Of a DNA stretch of 53,225 nt, positions 40,129-49,568 are shown piece by piece. The position numbers and the translations under genes are program-made. The notes beneath the pieces were generated by a model. The model saw nothing but the letters and a program-made list of their open reading frames with translations, did no database searches and had not been told where the DNA came from. This DNA is from an uncultured archaeon (GTDB lineage Archaea > Asgardarchaeota > Thorarchaeia > Thorarchaeales > Thorarchaeaceae). Location of the stretch: positions 1-53,225 of the forward strand of contig CAZVZC010000003.1 in the NCBI GenBank assembly GCA_964631415.1, in the 5' to 3' direction. Within the stretch, counting starts at the first letter, position 1; every line of letters starts with the position of its first letter.

Positions 40129-42489
40129 TCATGCGGTGCTGCCTTTGAACTCGGTGCGTGCGATGACCTCATCTTGAACGAATGGGTCAAGCTCAATGAA
40201 GTAGGCGCTGTATCCAGCAACCCTCACTATCAGGTTCCTGTGTTGGAGGGGGTGAACCTTCGCGTCCTCCAACGTATCCCTCGACAGCACATTGAACTGG
40301 ATATGCAGCCCGCCGAGATGGAAGTAGCCGTCGATGAGACCCATGAAGTTCTCGCGTCCTGCTTGCGAAGAGAAGATCTGCGGATTGAACTTCATGTTGT
40401 ACAGCGTGCCATTGAAACAGGCACCATGGTCCAGCTTGGCCACAGACTTCATAGCCGCCGTAGGCCCGTGAACGTCCCTGTTGTGTGCTGGTGAAACACC
40501 ATCAGACAGCATTACGCCTGCACGACGACCATCAGGCGTTGCACCCACACTTTCGCCCTGTGGAATGTACATTGAAACAGAGAACAGTGCAGCGTGATAC
40601 GGACCGTTTCTGGTCGTCATTCTGCTCTGCACTGATTTGCAGAAGGACTCCCCTATTCCACGAGCCAATGAGTCCACATGCTCTAAGTCATTGCCGAACT
40701 TGTCAGGATCATTCTCTAGCCTGACTCTGAGGTCCTCGTAGCCTTCGAAGTTCTTCGCCATTGCATCCAGCAGCTGACCCATCCCAACTCTCTTCTGCTC
40801 GAAGACATGTTTCCTCAACATCGAGAGTGAGTCGGTCGCTATCGCAATGCCCACTCCTTGGATGCCGCCGGCGTTGTACTTCGCACCTCCGTCCTGCATA
40901 GTACGGCCGCTCTCGACACATCCCTCCAGCAGTGCAGACATGAATGGGGTCGGCACGGCGCTGGCATGCACTTGCGCAGCCACGTGGTCGGCCCTAGTAA
41001 GCAAATCAATAGCATAGTCCAGCTGTTTTGCGAATGCATTCCAGAGCTGGTCAAAGGTGTTGAAATTCCGGGGGTCTCCCGTTTCAAGACCGACAGTCAT
41101 GCCCGACCGCGGGTCTCTTCCGTTGTTGAGTGTGACCTCCAGCACCTTGGGAAAGTTGACAAAACCTATGTTGGGCCTGACATCGGTCTTTCCTTCAACG
41201 ATGGGTTCAACACAGCCCAAGATTGAGTAGTCGTGTGCCTCAACTGAGTCAATCCCTTTCTTCAGCATCATTGGGACAATGACGCCGTCGTTGAACAGAC
41301 CTGGCATACCAAGACCCTTGGATATCACATCCACAACCTTGAACTTGATGTCCCTTGGGGTCTTCTCATGCCAGCGGAATGAAACTGTTGGCTGTGTGAC
41401 CCGCATGTTTGCTGTTGCCTCCAGCGCAAGCAGGGTCACCTCGTTTGTCATATCCTTGCCGTGAATATCCTGACCGCCAACAGTGAGATTCTGAAACATG
41501 GGGTAGCCTGCGAAGGCGACACTATAGTACTCGTCTCTCACCTTGATCACAGAAGAGAACTTGATCCACAGCATCTCAAGCAGCTCAAGGGCTCTCTCGC
41601 GGGTCGTTCGCCCAGCCTTGACGTCAGCTGAGTAGTAGGGGTACAAGTATTGGTCGAACCGTCCTGTTGATATCGAATGACCATTGCCCTCCGTCTGTAC
41701 AAGTAGATGGATGAACCAGAATGACTGTAGTGCCTCATGGAACGAGGTCGCAGGCTTCAAGGGGACTCGTTTGCAGATTCTCGCAATGTCCAGCAGCTCC
41801 TCCCTTCTCTGCGCATCGCGTTCTCCGCGTGCCATTCGTGATGCTACCTCGCTGAATCGTTCAGCAAAGCGGACTAGCGCGCTGACTTCGACCTCAACCG
41901 AATCATAGAAGCTGGTCTTCTCTTGGTTGCCTCTGCTCTTGGACTTGTACCCTTTGACCCTTTCAAGCACGTCTTCGAGACCCTTGTTGATTACTCTCCG
42001 ATAGTCCACGATGACATGCCCTATTCCTGTACCTGGCGCTCCAATCGTAAACAGCCCTGCCTTGGCAGCACGTCGCGCCTCCTCAGGCATCTTCTGTGCG
42101 CAGATCTCGGAAGTACTCTTGCCACTCCAGTAATGAAAGACTTCGCGGAGTTGCTCTTTGTCCTTCTCGCTGATCTCGAACTTCTCCGTCCGTCTCTTGT
42201 CGAACCTGTCTAGCTCCTTCTCAACCCATGTCCAGCTGTACTCGGGGAAGACCTGACAAGAGCGAAGAGTCGGTCCCATGTTCCCAACTATGAGCTCATC
42301 AGGCTCGATGCGAATGGTCATGTTGTCAAGTACGTAGGCAAACGCCTTCGCAAGCCTCATTCTGAGGGGCTCGTCCTCGTGCTCCCGAAGGCACCGAGTG
42401 AAGAGATAGGCTCTCTCTGAAGAAAGAGTTGGACGGGAATCCAGCATGCGTTCTCTCATGAGAGACGTCCGTGAAGTCATGAGCCGCAC
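40129..42489 (-). CDS. Glycyl radical enzyme, dehydratase/eliminase type
   Basis: Single-Cys loop GCVEP, Gly loop RVAGYS, GIGH, NGHSIS..RFDQY and FAGYPMFQNL. Confidence 0.9.
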   Translation of the reverse strand: MRLMTSRTSLMRERMLDSRPTLSSERAYLFTRCLREHEDEPLRMRLAKAFAYVLDNMTIRIEPDELIVGNMGPTLRSCQVFPEYSWTWVEKELDRFDKRRTEKFEISEKDKEQLREVFHYWSGKSTSEICAQKMPEEARRAAKAGLFTIGAPGTGIGHVIVDYRRVINKGLEDVLERVKGYKSKSRGNQEKTSFYDSVEVEVSALVRFAERFSEVASRMARGERDAQRREELLDIARICKRVPLKPATSFHEALQSFWFIHLLVQTEGNGHSISTGRFDQYLYPYYSADVKAGRTTRERALELLEMLWIKFSSVIKVRDEYYSVAFAGYPMFQNLTVGGQDIHGKDMTNEVTLLALEATANMRVTQPTVSFRWHEKTPRDIKFKVVDVISKGLGMPGLFNDGVIVPMMLKKGIDSVEAHDYSILGCVEPIVEGKTDVRPNIGFVNFPKVLEVTLNNGRDPRSGMTVGLETGDPRNFNTFDQLWNAFAKQLDYAIDLLTRADHVAAQVHASAVPTPFMSALLEGCVESGRTMQDGGAKYNAGGIQGVGIAIATDSLSMLRKHVFEQKRVGMGQLLDAMAKNFEGYEDLRVRLENDPDKFGNDLEHVDSLARGIGESFCKSVQSRMTTRNGPYHAALFSVSMYIPQGESVGATPDGRRAGVMLSDGVSPAHNRDVHGPTAAMKSVAKLDHGACFNGTLYNMKFNPQIFSSQAGRENFMGLIDGYFHLGGLHIQFNVLSRDTLEDAKVHPLQHRNLIVRVAGYSAYFIELDPFVQDEVIARTEFKGSTA

Positions 42490-42523
42490 TCTTCCCCAAA
42501 CCTATTAACAGTTCACTATGCGG

Positions 42524-43696
42524 TCATTTCTGTTTTCTCAGAAGCTTTGGAAGGTATGTGTCGAGACGCCGAAGGGCCTCCTCAATTGTTTCTGTCGACA
42601 CAGCATAGCAGAGCCGCAGGTAACCCTCACCATATTTCCCGAACCCCGAGCCATGGACTGTCACGACGCCAGTATCTTCCAGTAGCTTCACAGCGAGGTC
42701 ATATGACTTCATCTTGTAGGCAGCAACATCGGGAAAGACGTAGAACGCACCAGCTGGGGAATCCACACGTATGCCTTGAATCGACTGGAGACCCTTGGTG
42801 ATAAGGTCGCGTCTCTTCCTGAAGGTGCTGAGCATCTGCTCCACACATTCCTGCGGACCATTCACCGCTGCTTCTGCAGCCTTCTGTGAGATTGCAGTAG
42901 GCATAGACAGGACGTGCTCCTGCATCCTGGTCATTGCCGCTACGACTTCCTCGGGGCCAATGGCAAACCCAATTCTCCATCCTGTCATTGCATAGCTCTT
43001 CGAGAATGAGAACAGTGTGACAGTTCTCTCCTTCATCCCGGGCAGTGAACCGATGAACAGCGGTTTCTCACTAACGTATCTGAACTTCTCATACGCTTCA
43101 TCTGCAAGGACAATGATGTCTTTCTTGATTGCCAAGTCCGCTATCTTCCTCAGCTCTGAGTTCGAGATCACTCCCCCAGTGGGGTTGTTCGGGTAGTTAA
43201 TGACAAGAAGCTTGGTCTTGCTCGTGATGAGTCGCTCTATGTCTTCGGCCTTCACTGCGAAGCCGTTCTCTCTCTTCTGCTGGAATGGCACTGGAACGCC
43301 GCCTGTGAGCATGATGTGAGCGTAGTGGCTGACAAATCCTGGATCGGGATAGAGCACCTCGTCGCCGGGGTTCACGAGAGCTAGGTTCGCCAACAGAAGA
43401 GAACCCATGCCACCGGCAGTACAGATGACCTCCTTGGCGGGGTCGGCATCGATCCCGTTTTCCCTCTTTGCCTTTTTGGCAAGAGCTTCCCGGACTTCGA
43501 TAAGTCCTGCATTGTGAGTGTACTTAGTGTAGCCATCATCCAAAGCCTTCTTGCCAGCATCCTTGATGAACTGGGGAGTATCGAAGTCCGGCTGACCCAC
43601 AGTCAGGTCAAGGATGTTAGGACGCCCTCGAGCCATATTGTACATCTTGCGAATCTCAGAAGCAGGAACGAGTTTGGTTCTGTCAGCGAGCTTCAT
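42524..43696 (-). CDS. PLP-dependent aminotransferase class I/II
   Basis: GQPDF, NYPNNPTG, DEAYE and SFSKSYAMTGWRIG. Confidence 0.92.
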   Translation of the reverse strand: MKLADRTKLVPASEIRKMYNMARGRPNILDLTVGQPDFDTPQFIKDAGKKALDDGYTKYTHNAGLIEVREALAKKAKRENGIDADPAKEVICTAGGMGSLLLANLALVNPGDEVLYPDPGFVSHYAHIMLTGGVPVPFQQKRENGFAVKAEDIERLITSKTKLLVINYPNNPTGGVISNSELRKIADLAIKKDIIVLADEAYEKFRYVSEKPLFIGSLPGMKERTVTLFSFSKSYAMTGWRIGFAIGPEEVVAAMTRMQEHVLSMPTAISQKAAEAAVNGPQECVEQMLSTFRKRRDLITKGLQSIQGIRVDSPAGAFYVFPDVAAYKMKSYDLAVKLLEDTGVVTVHGSGFGKYGEGYLRLCYAVSTETIEEALRRLDTYLPKLLRKQK

Positions 43697-43875
43697 CGGC
43701 AACACCTGCGCTGCTTGGTAAGCCCGAGGCCATTGCGCCTCCTCTTAAAGGTACTCGATTGTGAGCTGAAGGTTCAGTCCTAGGCACGGGCCAAGTCATG
43801 GGCTTTGTCGTTCCGCATCACATTTAAGATAGCCGACACAGGTTCCCGCAAAGGACCGGTCACACGGTGGTGTCC

Positions 43876-44345
43876 ATGAAGACTCCCACAGCAGATGACG
43901 TGCGAAAGAACAGCATGGTCGTGGTCGCCAGTGCTCATGCGGTGTACGTTGAGGCGGCGCGCAAATCGGCAGGCAAGAAAGGTCTGAAAGCGATTGGCGA
44001 AGCGAATCGGATTCACGGGTTGGAGCTGGGCAACGCAGGAATCAAGGAAGGCGGACTGAGGAAAGGAGACCTCAAGTCCATCTTTGGTTTCTTCGACTCA
44101 GCACATCCCTACTTCGGGTTCGATCTTGAACTACTGCAGGCATCTGGCAATGTACTTGAAATGTAAGTCACGCACTGCCCGTGGCTTGAAACCTTCAAGG
44201 CAAAAAACGCTGGTGAAGACATAGCGAATGGGTGTGTCGAATGGACGAGGGCATCGGGCAGGCCGTTGACCCAGATTTGAAGATGACACTGACGAAGTGC
44301 ATGATGCGTGGAGATGACCACTGTATCTACCGTTACTCCAAATGA
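43876..44345 (+). pseudogene. V4R / ATC-hydrolase family gene with in-frame TAA (44164) and a 1-nt deletion (~44224)
   Basis: Repairing both lesions gives ...LEMxVTHCPW...DI(C)EWVCRMDEGIGQAVDP..LTKCMMRGDDHCIYRYSK, the family's Cys pattern. Confidence 0.75.
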
Positions 44346-44376
44346 AACAACGCACTTCAATGCCTTAGGTGATGAT

Positions 44377-45045
44377 ATGTCAAGCAAGAAGAGCAACCCG
44401 ATAGATCGATGCATGAGACTCTATGTGGCGGCACTTTCCGACGCAGCAGACGAGATTGGAATAGGCCGCGTATGCATGGACAGCAGGATCGTACCTGTGA
44501 CAAAGAACAAGACTGTGGTTGGTTTCGCGAGACCCGCGAAGCTAGCGAAGTCTGCCGTGCGACAGCCATATGACGAGGTCCAGCTCGAACGATTCATGAC
44601 CATAGCAACACGTGCAAAGAGAGATGACGTCGTCGTCATCCAGATGTCAGGAGCAACTGACTGCTCTGGATGGGGACAGATCATGACGAAGATCTCTTCG
44701 TCTATGGGGATTCGTGGAGCAGTTGTTGACGGCACCGTGAGAGATGTGGATGAAACAGATAGAATCGCGTTCCCTGTGTTCGCTCGAGGACGCCACCCCG
44801 GTACCGTTCGGGCTAGGCTAGATATCGAGTCAGTTGGGGAGCCAATGGAGTGTGGCGGCGTGACCGTACGCCCCGGTGATCTTGTATTCGGTGATGGTGA
44901 TGGCGTGGTAGTGATACCAAGCGGTCGGGTCGAAGAGATACTCACCGCCGCTGAGCGTGTCGCGGCAACGGACAAGTGGTGGTGCTCGATGCTCGACCAG
45001 GGCAAGGACCCCCAAGAGCTGCACAAGCAGAAGCCGATTCCGTAA
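44377..45045 (+). CDS. RraA / HMG-CHA aldolase family protein
   Basis: ALSDA, WGQIM, DGTVRD and PGDLVFGDGDGVV. SD AGGTGA precedes ATG 44377. Confidence 0.88.
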   Translation: MSSKKSNPIDRCMRLYVAALSDAADEIGIGRVCMDSRIVPVTKNKTVVGFARPAKLAKSAVRQPYDEVQLERFMTIATRAKRDDVVVIQMSGATDCSGWGQIMTKISSSMGIRGAVVDGTVRDVDETDRIAFPVFARGRHPGTVRARLDIESVGEPMECGGVTVRPGDLVFGDGDGVVVIPSGRVEEILTAAERVAATDKWWCSMLDQGKDPQELHKQKPIP

Positions 45046-45132
45046 GCAGAGGTCGTAGTCACCGGACAGTTTTGCGAGTCCGGCTTTCAGTCGTGCAGAT
45101 TGGCTTCATGTCACTGAAGGACAGGTACCCGT

Positions 45133-46260
45133 TCAGCTGATTGGGTACCTGCCTTTCTTATCGGCATAATCGTACATGTAGACTATCTTTTCAGGTGTCG
45201 AGTCATCCTGAATGTTGTGTGCTGGAGCCAGTATGTAGCCTCCACCAGGTGCCAGCGCCCTCAGTCGCCTGTCAATCTCGTCCTTGACATCTTTCATAGT
45301 TCCCATAGAGGACATTGCGTGCTGAAGATCTATTCCACCGTGGAAGGTCAGTCTGCTTCCATACTTCTGCTTCAGAAGAGCCGAGTCCATTCCCTTCGCC
45401 AAAGGCTGGATCGGGTTGAGTATGTCAACGCCCACTTCGATGAGATCGTTGATCATAGGCTCTACCGCTCCGCAGCTGTGAAACAGCATCTTCACATCGG
45501 GAGCTCTCTTGTGAATGTCGCTGTAGATTCTCATGTGACGTGGCTTGACGAGCCGCCTATACATAGTAGGACTCATAATCAGACCTGTTTGATGCCCAAG
45601 GTCGTCACCGACCTGCACAAGGTCTAGGTACTCCCCCACTTCATCGAGGAACACACGGTTCATCTCAAGTGCCAAGTCCATGCACTTGTCCATCATGGCT
45701 TCCGCGAGCCTAGTCCTCTCCACAAGATCTACCAGAAACTTGTCGAATCCTCTCATGTAATGGGCACACATCTCGAACACGCCCCAGGGGCCCCCCACCA
45801 TTCCAGCAACTGCGTAATCAGTCTCATCATGTAGATGTTTCGCCCACTCGGTGACGCCTTCCATCCTTGAGGGATCGTCAGGGTCCATCCATTCATAGTT
45901 CTCGACTTGGTCGACGTCCGTGAAGTCGGCCCAAGGGTAGTGTACGACTTCCCAGTAGGGCCCGAACCACTTTCCCCGAAATCCCATCTCGGAGTCCGTG
46001 CTCCCGTCAGGGTAGGTCCTAGCCTTGAACGACGACGAAGCGTGCATGTACACTCTTCTGAAGTCTAGATGTAGCCTCCGTAGTATCTCTTCCGAGATTA
46101 GCCACGAGCTCATTATGCCCCACTCTTGTGTTTCGGGTGCCGTAATCTTCAGGTAGTCACGAACCTTGGCGTACGCCGCTGGAGTGATCCAGAAGTCCAG
46201 TGGCACTCTGTCAGGCTCTTCATGATTGACTATATGGTGGAATCTTTCTCGAGGCTTCAT
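45133..46260 (-). CDS. Uroporphyrinogen decarboxylase / MtaA-CmuA family protein
   Basis: EEPDRVP, GDDLG, FHSCG, LNPIQP and GGGYILAPAHNIQ. Confidence 0.85.
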   Translation of the reverse strand: MKPRERFHHIVNHEEPDRVPLDFWITPAAYAKVRDYLKITAPETQEWGIMSSWLISEEILRRLHLDFRRVYMHASSSFKARTYPDGSTDSEMGFRGKWFGPYWEVVHYPWADFTDVDQVENYEWMDPDDPSRMEGVTEWAKHLHDETDYAVAGMVGGPWGVFEMCAHYMRGFDKFLVDLVERTRLAEAMMDKCMDLALEMNRVFLDEVGEYLDLVQVGDDLGHQTGLIMSPTMYRRLVKPRHMRIYSDIHKRAPDVKMLFHSCGAVEPMINDLIEVGVDILNPIQPLAKGMDSALLKQKYGSRLTFHGGIDLQHAMSSMGTMKDVKDEIDRRLRALAPGGGYILAPAHNIQDDSTPEKIVYMYDYADKKGRYPIS

Positions 46261-46394
46261 TGGATATCTGAAACGTGATTCGAGTATTTTAAGAGCTGCG
46301 TGTGGAACTGCTTCCAGTTTAAAGGATGATACCGCGGCGTTAATAACGTGGTTTTCCCTCAGAAGTCGCTGACTCTCAAGCGGGTGAACCCCAA

Positions 46395-47777
46395 ATGGTT
46401 GACGTAGCGAGAATCACTGGCTTGTTGAAGAAGGCGGTTGGCCCAAACCGTGTGACAGACCGGGACTTTGACATTCTGGCTTATAGCAGGGACGTGAGCC
46501 CAGCTAGACAGAAGTTGGCGACACACATAGTAATGCCTCAGTCACGGGAAGAAATCCAAGCTGTCCTGCGCATTGCCAATGAGAATGACGTCCCGGTGTA
46601 CATCCGCGGTGGCGGCACTTCACACTGGGATGCCTACTTGCCTCAAGAGCCCGGAATCATGCTTGACATGGGTCAGATGAACCGGGTAGTTGAGATAAAC
46701 GAACGCGATCTCGCGGCAACGGTCCAGCCGAATTGCACATGGGCCAAGTTGGATAACGAACTCAGGAAGAGAGGGCTGACCTACCTCTGTAGTGAGGCGG
46801 GAGGACCCGCCATGACAATCGGGGGATCGGTCATGAAGGCAGGTGGAGGACCCTCTGGTACAGCCAAGTTTGGGTTTCACGGCAATGCAGACATACTGAC
46901 GCTTGAGATGGTTCTGCCCAATGGTGATGTCGTGCAGACGGGGTCCGCAGCTTGGCCCAGCGCAGGGAAGTTCAAGAGACAATGCCTTGGACCAGATCTT
47001 GCTGGGCTTTTCATCGGTGCTGAGGGGACACTGGGCATCTGCACAGAGCTGACACTCAGAGTCCGTCCGGCCACTGATATCAGAGAGCGGATGGTGGCCA
47101 CCATGAAGAGTCTGGACGATGTGATTGAGCTGGGTCACTTCGTCAACAGAAATGTCGGAGATGAGTATCTCCAGGGCTTCTATCTCTGGGTTGACCCATC
47201 TGCACCTGACGTCTTCATCGTGATGATGGACGTGTTCGGATATGAGAAAGAAATCGTGGAACACAGAAAGAATCGTGTTCTCGCGAAGATTAAGGAACTG
47301 GGTGGAGCAATCGGAGACCGTGCGGCTGCTGATGACTACTACGGACGGATACTCACAGGATTGACAGAGATATTCACAGCTGGGGTCTGGCATTTCTTTG
47401 GCTCCGGCTCTTTGAGGATAGACGACATCAAGTTCCTCTACCGGGTGTGGCGTGACGAGCTCATCGGCAAGAGAGGCTACAAGAAGGCTGGTTTTGGAGG
47501 ACAGGTTTTGCCGCGTGACTGGCTGGCCTTCATGGTGACCAACTATCGCGAGCCGGGCGAGTGGGACGAGATGATTAGGATATCAGACGAGATCAACGAC
47601 ATAGTCTTGAAGGGACCCGTGGTCCCCTACGGGATTGGTGGTCGGGACGGTCTCAGAGCCTTTGTGGAGGCACGTGATACGGGATACTACAGACTGCTGA
47701 AGACCATAAAGAAAGCTGTCGATCCCATGGATATTCTACAACGGGGCATATTCATCCGGAAGGAGGAATTGGAATGA
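46395..47777 (+). CDS. FAD-binding oxidoreductase (GlcD-like)
   Basis: RGGGTS, TIGG and LFIGAEGTLGICTE. Confidence 0.88.
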   Translation: MVDVARITGLLKKAVGPNRVTDRDFDILAYSRDVSPARQKLATHIVMPQSREEIQAVLRIANENDVPVYIRGGGTSHWDAYLPQEPGIMLDMGQMNRVVEINERDLAATVQPNCTWAKLDNELRKRGLTYLCSEAGGPAMTIGGSVMKAGGGPSGTAKFGFHGNADILTLEMVLPNGDVVQTGSAAWPSAGKFKRQCLGPDLAGLFIGAEGTLGICTELTLRVRPATDIRERMVATMKSLDDVIELGHFVNRNVGDEYLQGFYLWVDPSAPDVFIVMMDVFGYEKEIVEHRKNRVLAKIKELGGAIGDRAAADDYYGRILTGLTEIFTAGVWHFFGSGSLRIDDIKFLYRVWRDELIGKRGYKKAGFGGQVLPRDWLAFMVTNYREPGEWDEMIRISDEINDIVLKGPVVPYGIGGRDGLRAFVEARDTGYYRLLKTIKKAVDPMDILQRGIFIRKEELE

Positions 47778-48970
47778 GAATCGAACAGTATCACGATATG
47801 ATCTATGCGTGCGGCCGGTGCAACTTCTGTCGTGGTAGCGATTTCAACGAGAGATGCCCACAGCTGTTCACTCAGCGTTGGGAGTCGTCAACGGCGAGGG
47901 GTCGGATGGCAATTGCTCGTGCGATTCTCGAGGGAAAGCTGGACTACACTGAAGACCTCAGAGAGAGAGTATTCGGTTGCTTTCTGTGCAGCAGGTGCAG
48001 AGAGGAATGCAAGAAGGCGGCCAAGATAGACGTAGTAGCTATTACGAGAGCGATGCGTGCCGACTTCTCGGACAAGGGCATCGGTGCGCCTGATGATGGC
48101 CGCCGGATGGCTGAAACGATGTTGCAGAAGAGAAACATCTTCGGGGATTCGTCCTCCGAACACACAAAGTGGGCTGCAGGAATCAAGTTTCAGAAAGGAT
48201 CTGGAACGCTCTTCTTCCCAGGATGCCTCGCGAGCCATCGATTCAAGGAGAAGACAGGAATCCTCGTCAGCGTTCTTCAGGCCGCGGGGTACAAGCTTGA
48301 CTTCCTCGGTGAGGACCAGACTTGTTGTGGAACGCCCCTGTGGATCACTGGAAATGTCAAGCAGGCAAAGCAGTGGGTCCAAGACTATGTAAAGAAGCTG
48401 AAGGCACGTGGGGTAAAGGAGATCATTACACCCTGCCCTAGCTGCTTCAGAGCCCTAGATGAGGAATACCCTCAGCTCCTCGGCCTAAAGGAGTCCCCAT
48501 TCAAGGTTAGACACACAAGCCAAGTGTTAGAGGAGATTGTGCGCCAGAAGAAGCTCGCCCTCAAAAAGCGTGTGAATAATGTTGTGACCTACCATGATCC
48601 CTGTGAGATCGGACGTTATCGGGGTATATACGAGCCCGCCAGAAATGTTCTAGCGGCCATTCCGGGTGTGACCTTCAGAGAGATGCCCAGGAATCGCGAC
48701 CAAGCATTCTGCTGCGGCGGAGGAGGAGGAGTGAAGATCATGTATGGCGACTATTCCCAGCAGGTTTCCGTTGAGAGGATAACGGAGGCTTTGAAGACAG
48801 ATGCCTCTATCGTCGCAACCATATGCCCGGCGTGCGAATTGAACCTGACTCATGCCGCTTATGAAACCAATGCACACATTCGAGTGTTGGACGTCGCTGA
48901 GATCCTAGCAGTGGCAGCCGGACTAGCGAGCGATGAGATCCTAGATCCAGACTACATTCCTGAAGATTGA
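47774..48970 (+). CDS. Fe-S oxidoreductase (GlcF/HdrD-like)
   Basis: CGRCNFC, CFLCSRCREEC, CCG, YHDPC and CCGGGGG. ATGA overlap. Confidence 0.9.
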   Translation: MRIEQYHDMIYACGRCNFCRGSDFNERCPQLFTQRWESSTARGRMAIARAILEGKLDYTEDLRERVFGCFLCSRCREECKKAAKIDVVAITRAMRADFSDKGIGAPDDGRRMAETMLQKRNIFGDSSSEHTKWAAGIKFQKGSGTLFFPGCLASHRFKEKTGILVSVLQAAGYKLDFLGEDQTCCGTPLWITGNVKQAKQWVQDYVKKLKARGVKEIITPCPSCFRALDEEYPQLLGLKESPFKVRHTSQVLEEIVRQKKLALKKRVNNVVTYHDPCEIGRYRGIYEPARNVLAAIPGVTFREMPRNRDQAFCCGGGGGVKIMYGDYSQQVSVERITEALKTDASIVATICPACELNLTHAAYETNAHIRVLDVAEILAVAAGLASDEILDPDYIPED

Positions 48971-49037
48971 ATAGGCGACATGGACCAACGGTTCATCTGC
49001 CTAGTTCTCGCCGCACGCCGACGATCCTGGAGTCTGG

Positions 49038-49355
49038 CTACCCACCGACAGCAGCAATCATGAATACGATAAGGTCGCCTTCGGCGAGCTCGGTCTTCTC
49101 CCCCTTGCGAGCGACCATGTTCTGACCGTTCACGATGACTATTGTTTCCCGTTTCAGAGTCCTCCTCCGAGAATCATCGAGATAGACCTTGAACCTCTCT
49201 GGCTGGCGTTCGTACAATGCATCAATCAGATCTCGAACTGTCGCATCTGGCTTCGTTTCAAAGGGGAACATATCGTGCTCCTTGTACTTCTGCCCCTTGT
49301 TCATCAGTTTCACGAAGACCTGTGCCAACACCACTCGCTCCGCTCTATTGAGCAA
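49038..49355 (-). CDS. MoaD/ThiS/SAMP-family ubiquitin-like protein
   Basis: TVRDL, IVNG, TELAEGD and C-terminal VGG. Start uncertain. Confidence 0.85.
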   Translation of the reverse strand: MLNRAERVVLAQVFVKLMNKGQKYKEHDMFPFETKPDATVRDLIDALYERQPERFKVYLDDSRRRTLKRETIVIVNGQNMVARKGEKTELAEGDLIVFMIAAVGG

Positions 49356-49568
49356 CAGCCGTCATCTTAAAGTGAACATAAAGATTATATTAACATGCCG
49401 AACAGCTCAAGGGCACTGGGGCATTACGTTGACCCATTCGATGGCCGCTGTGGGGGCCTCAGAAGGTCTAGCCTCAGTTGACATGAGCATGGAAGACGCG
49501 AATCTCAGCTTCAGCATGCCTACGCGGCTCAGGGTTGAAGCAGAAAAAAGCAATGACGGTGTGACCAA

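Noticed and set aside
40129-42489. Pyruvate formate-lyase, CutC or HypD
   Set aside because: No CC motif, and it lacks the CutC GGGD and HypD RAPGH/TDF signatures as I recall them.
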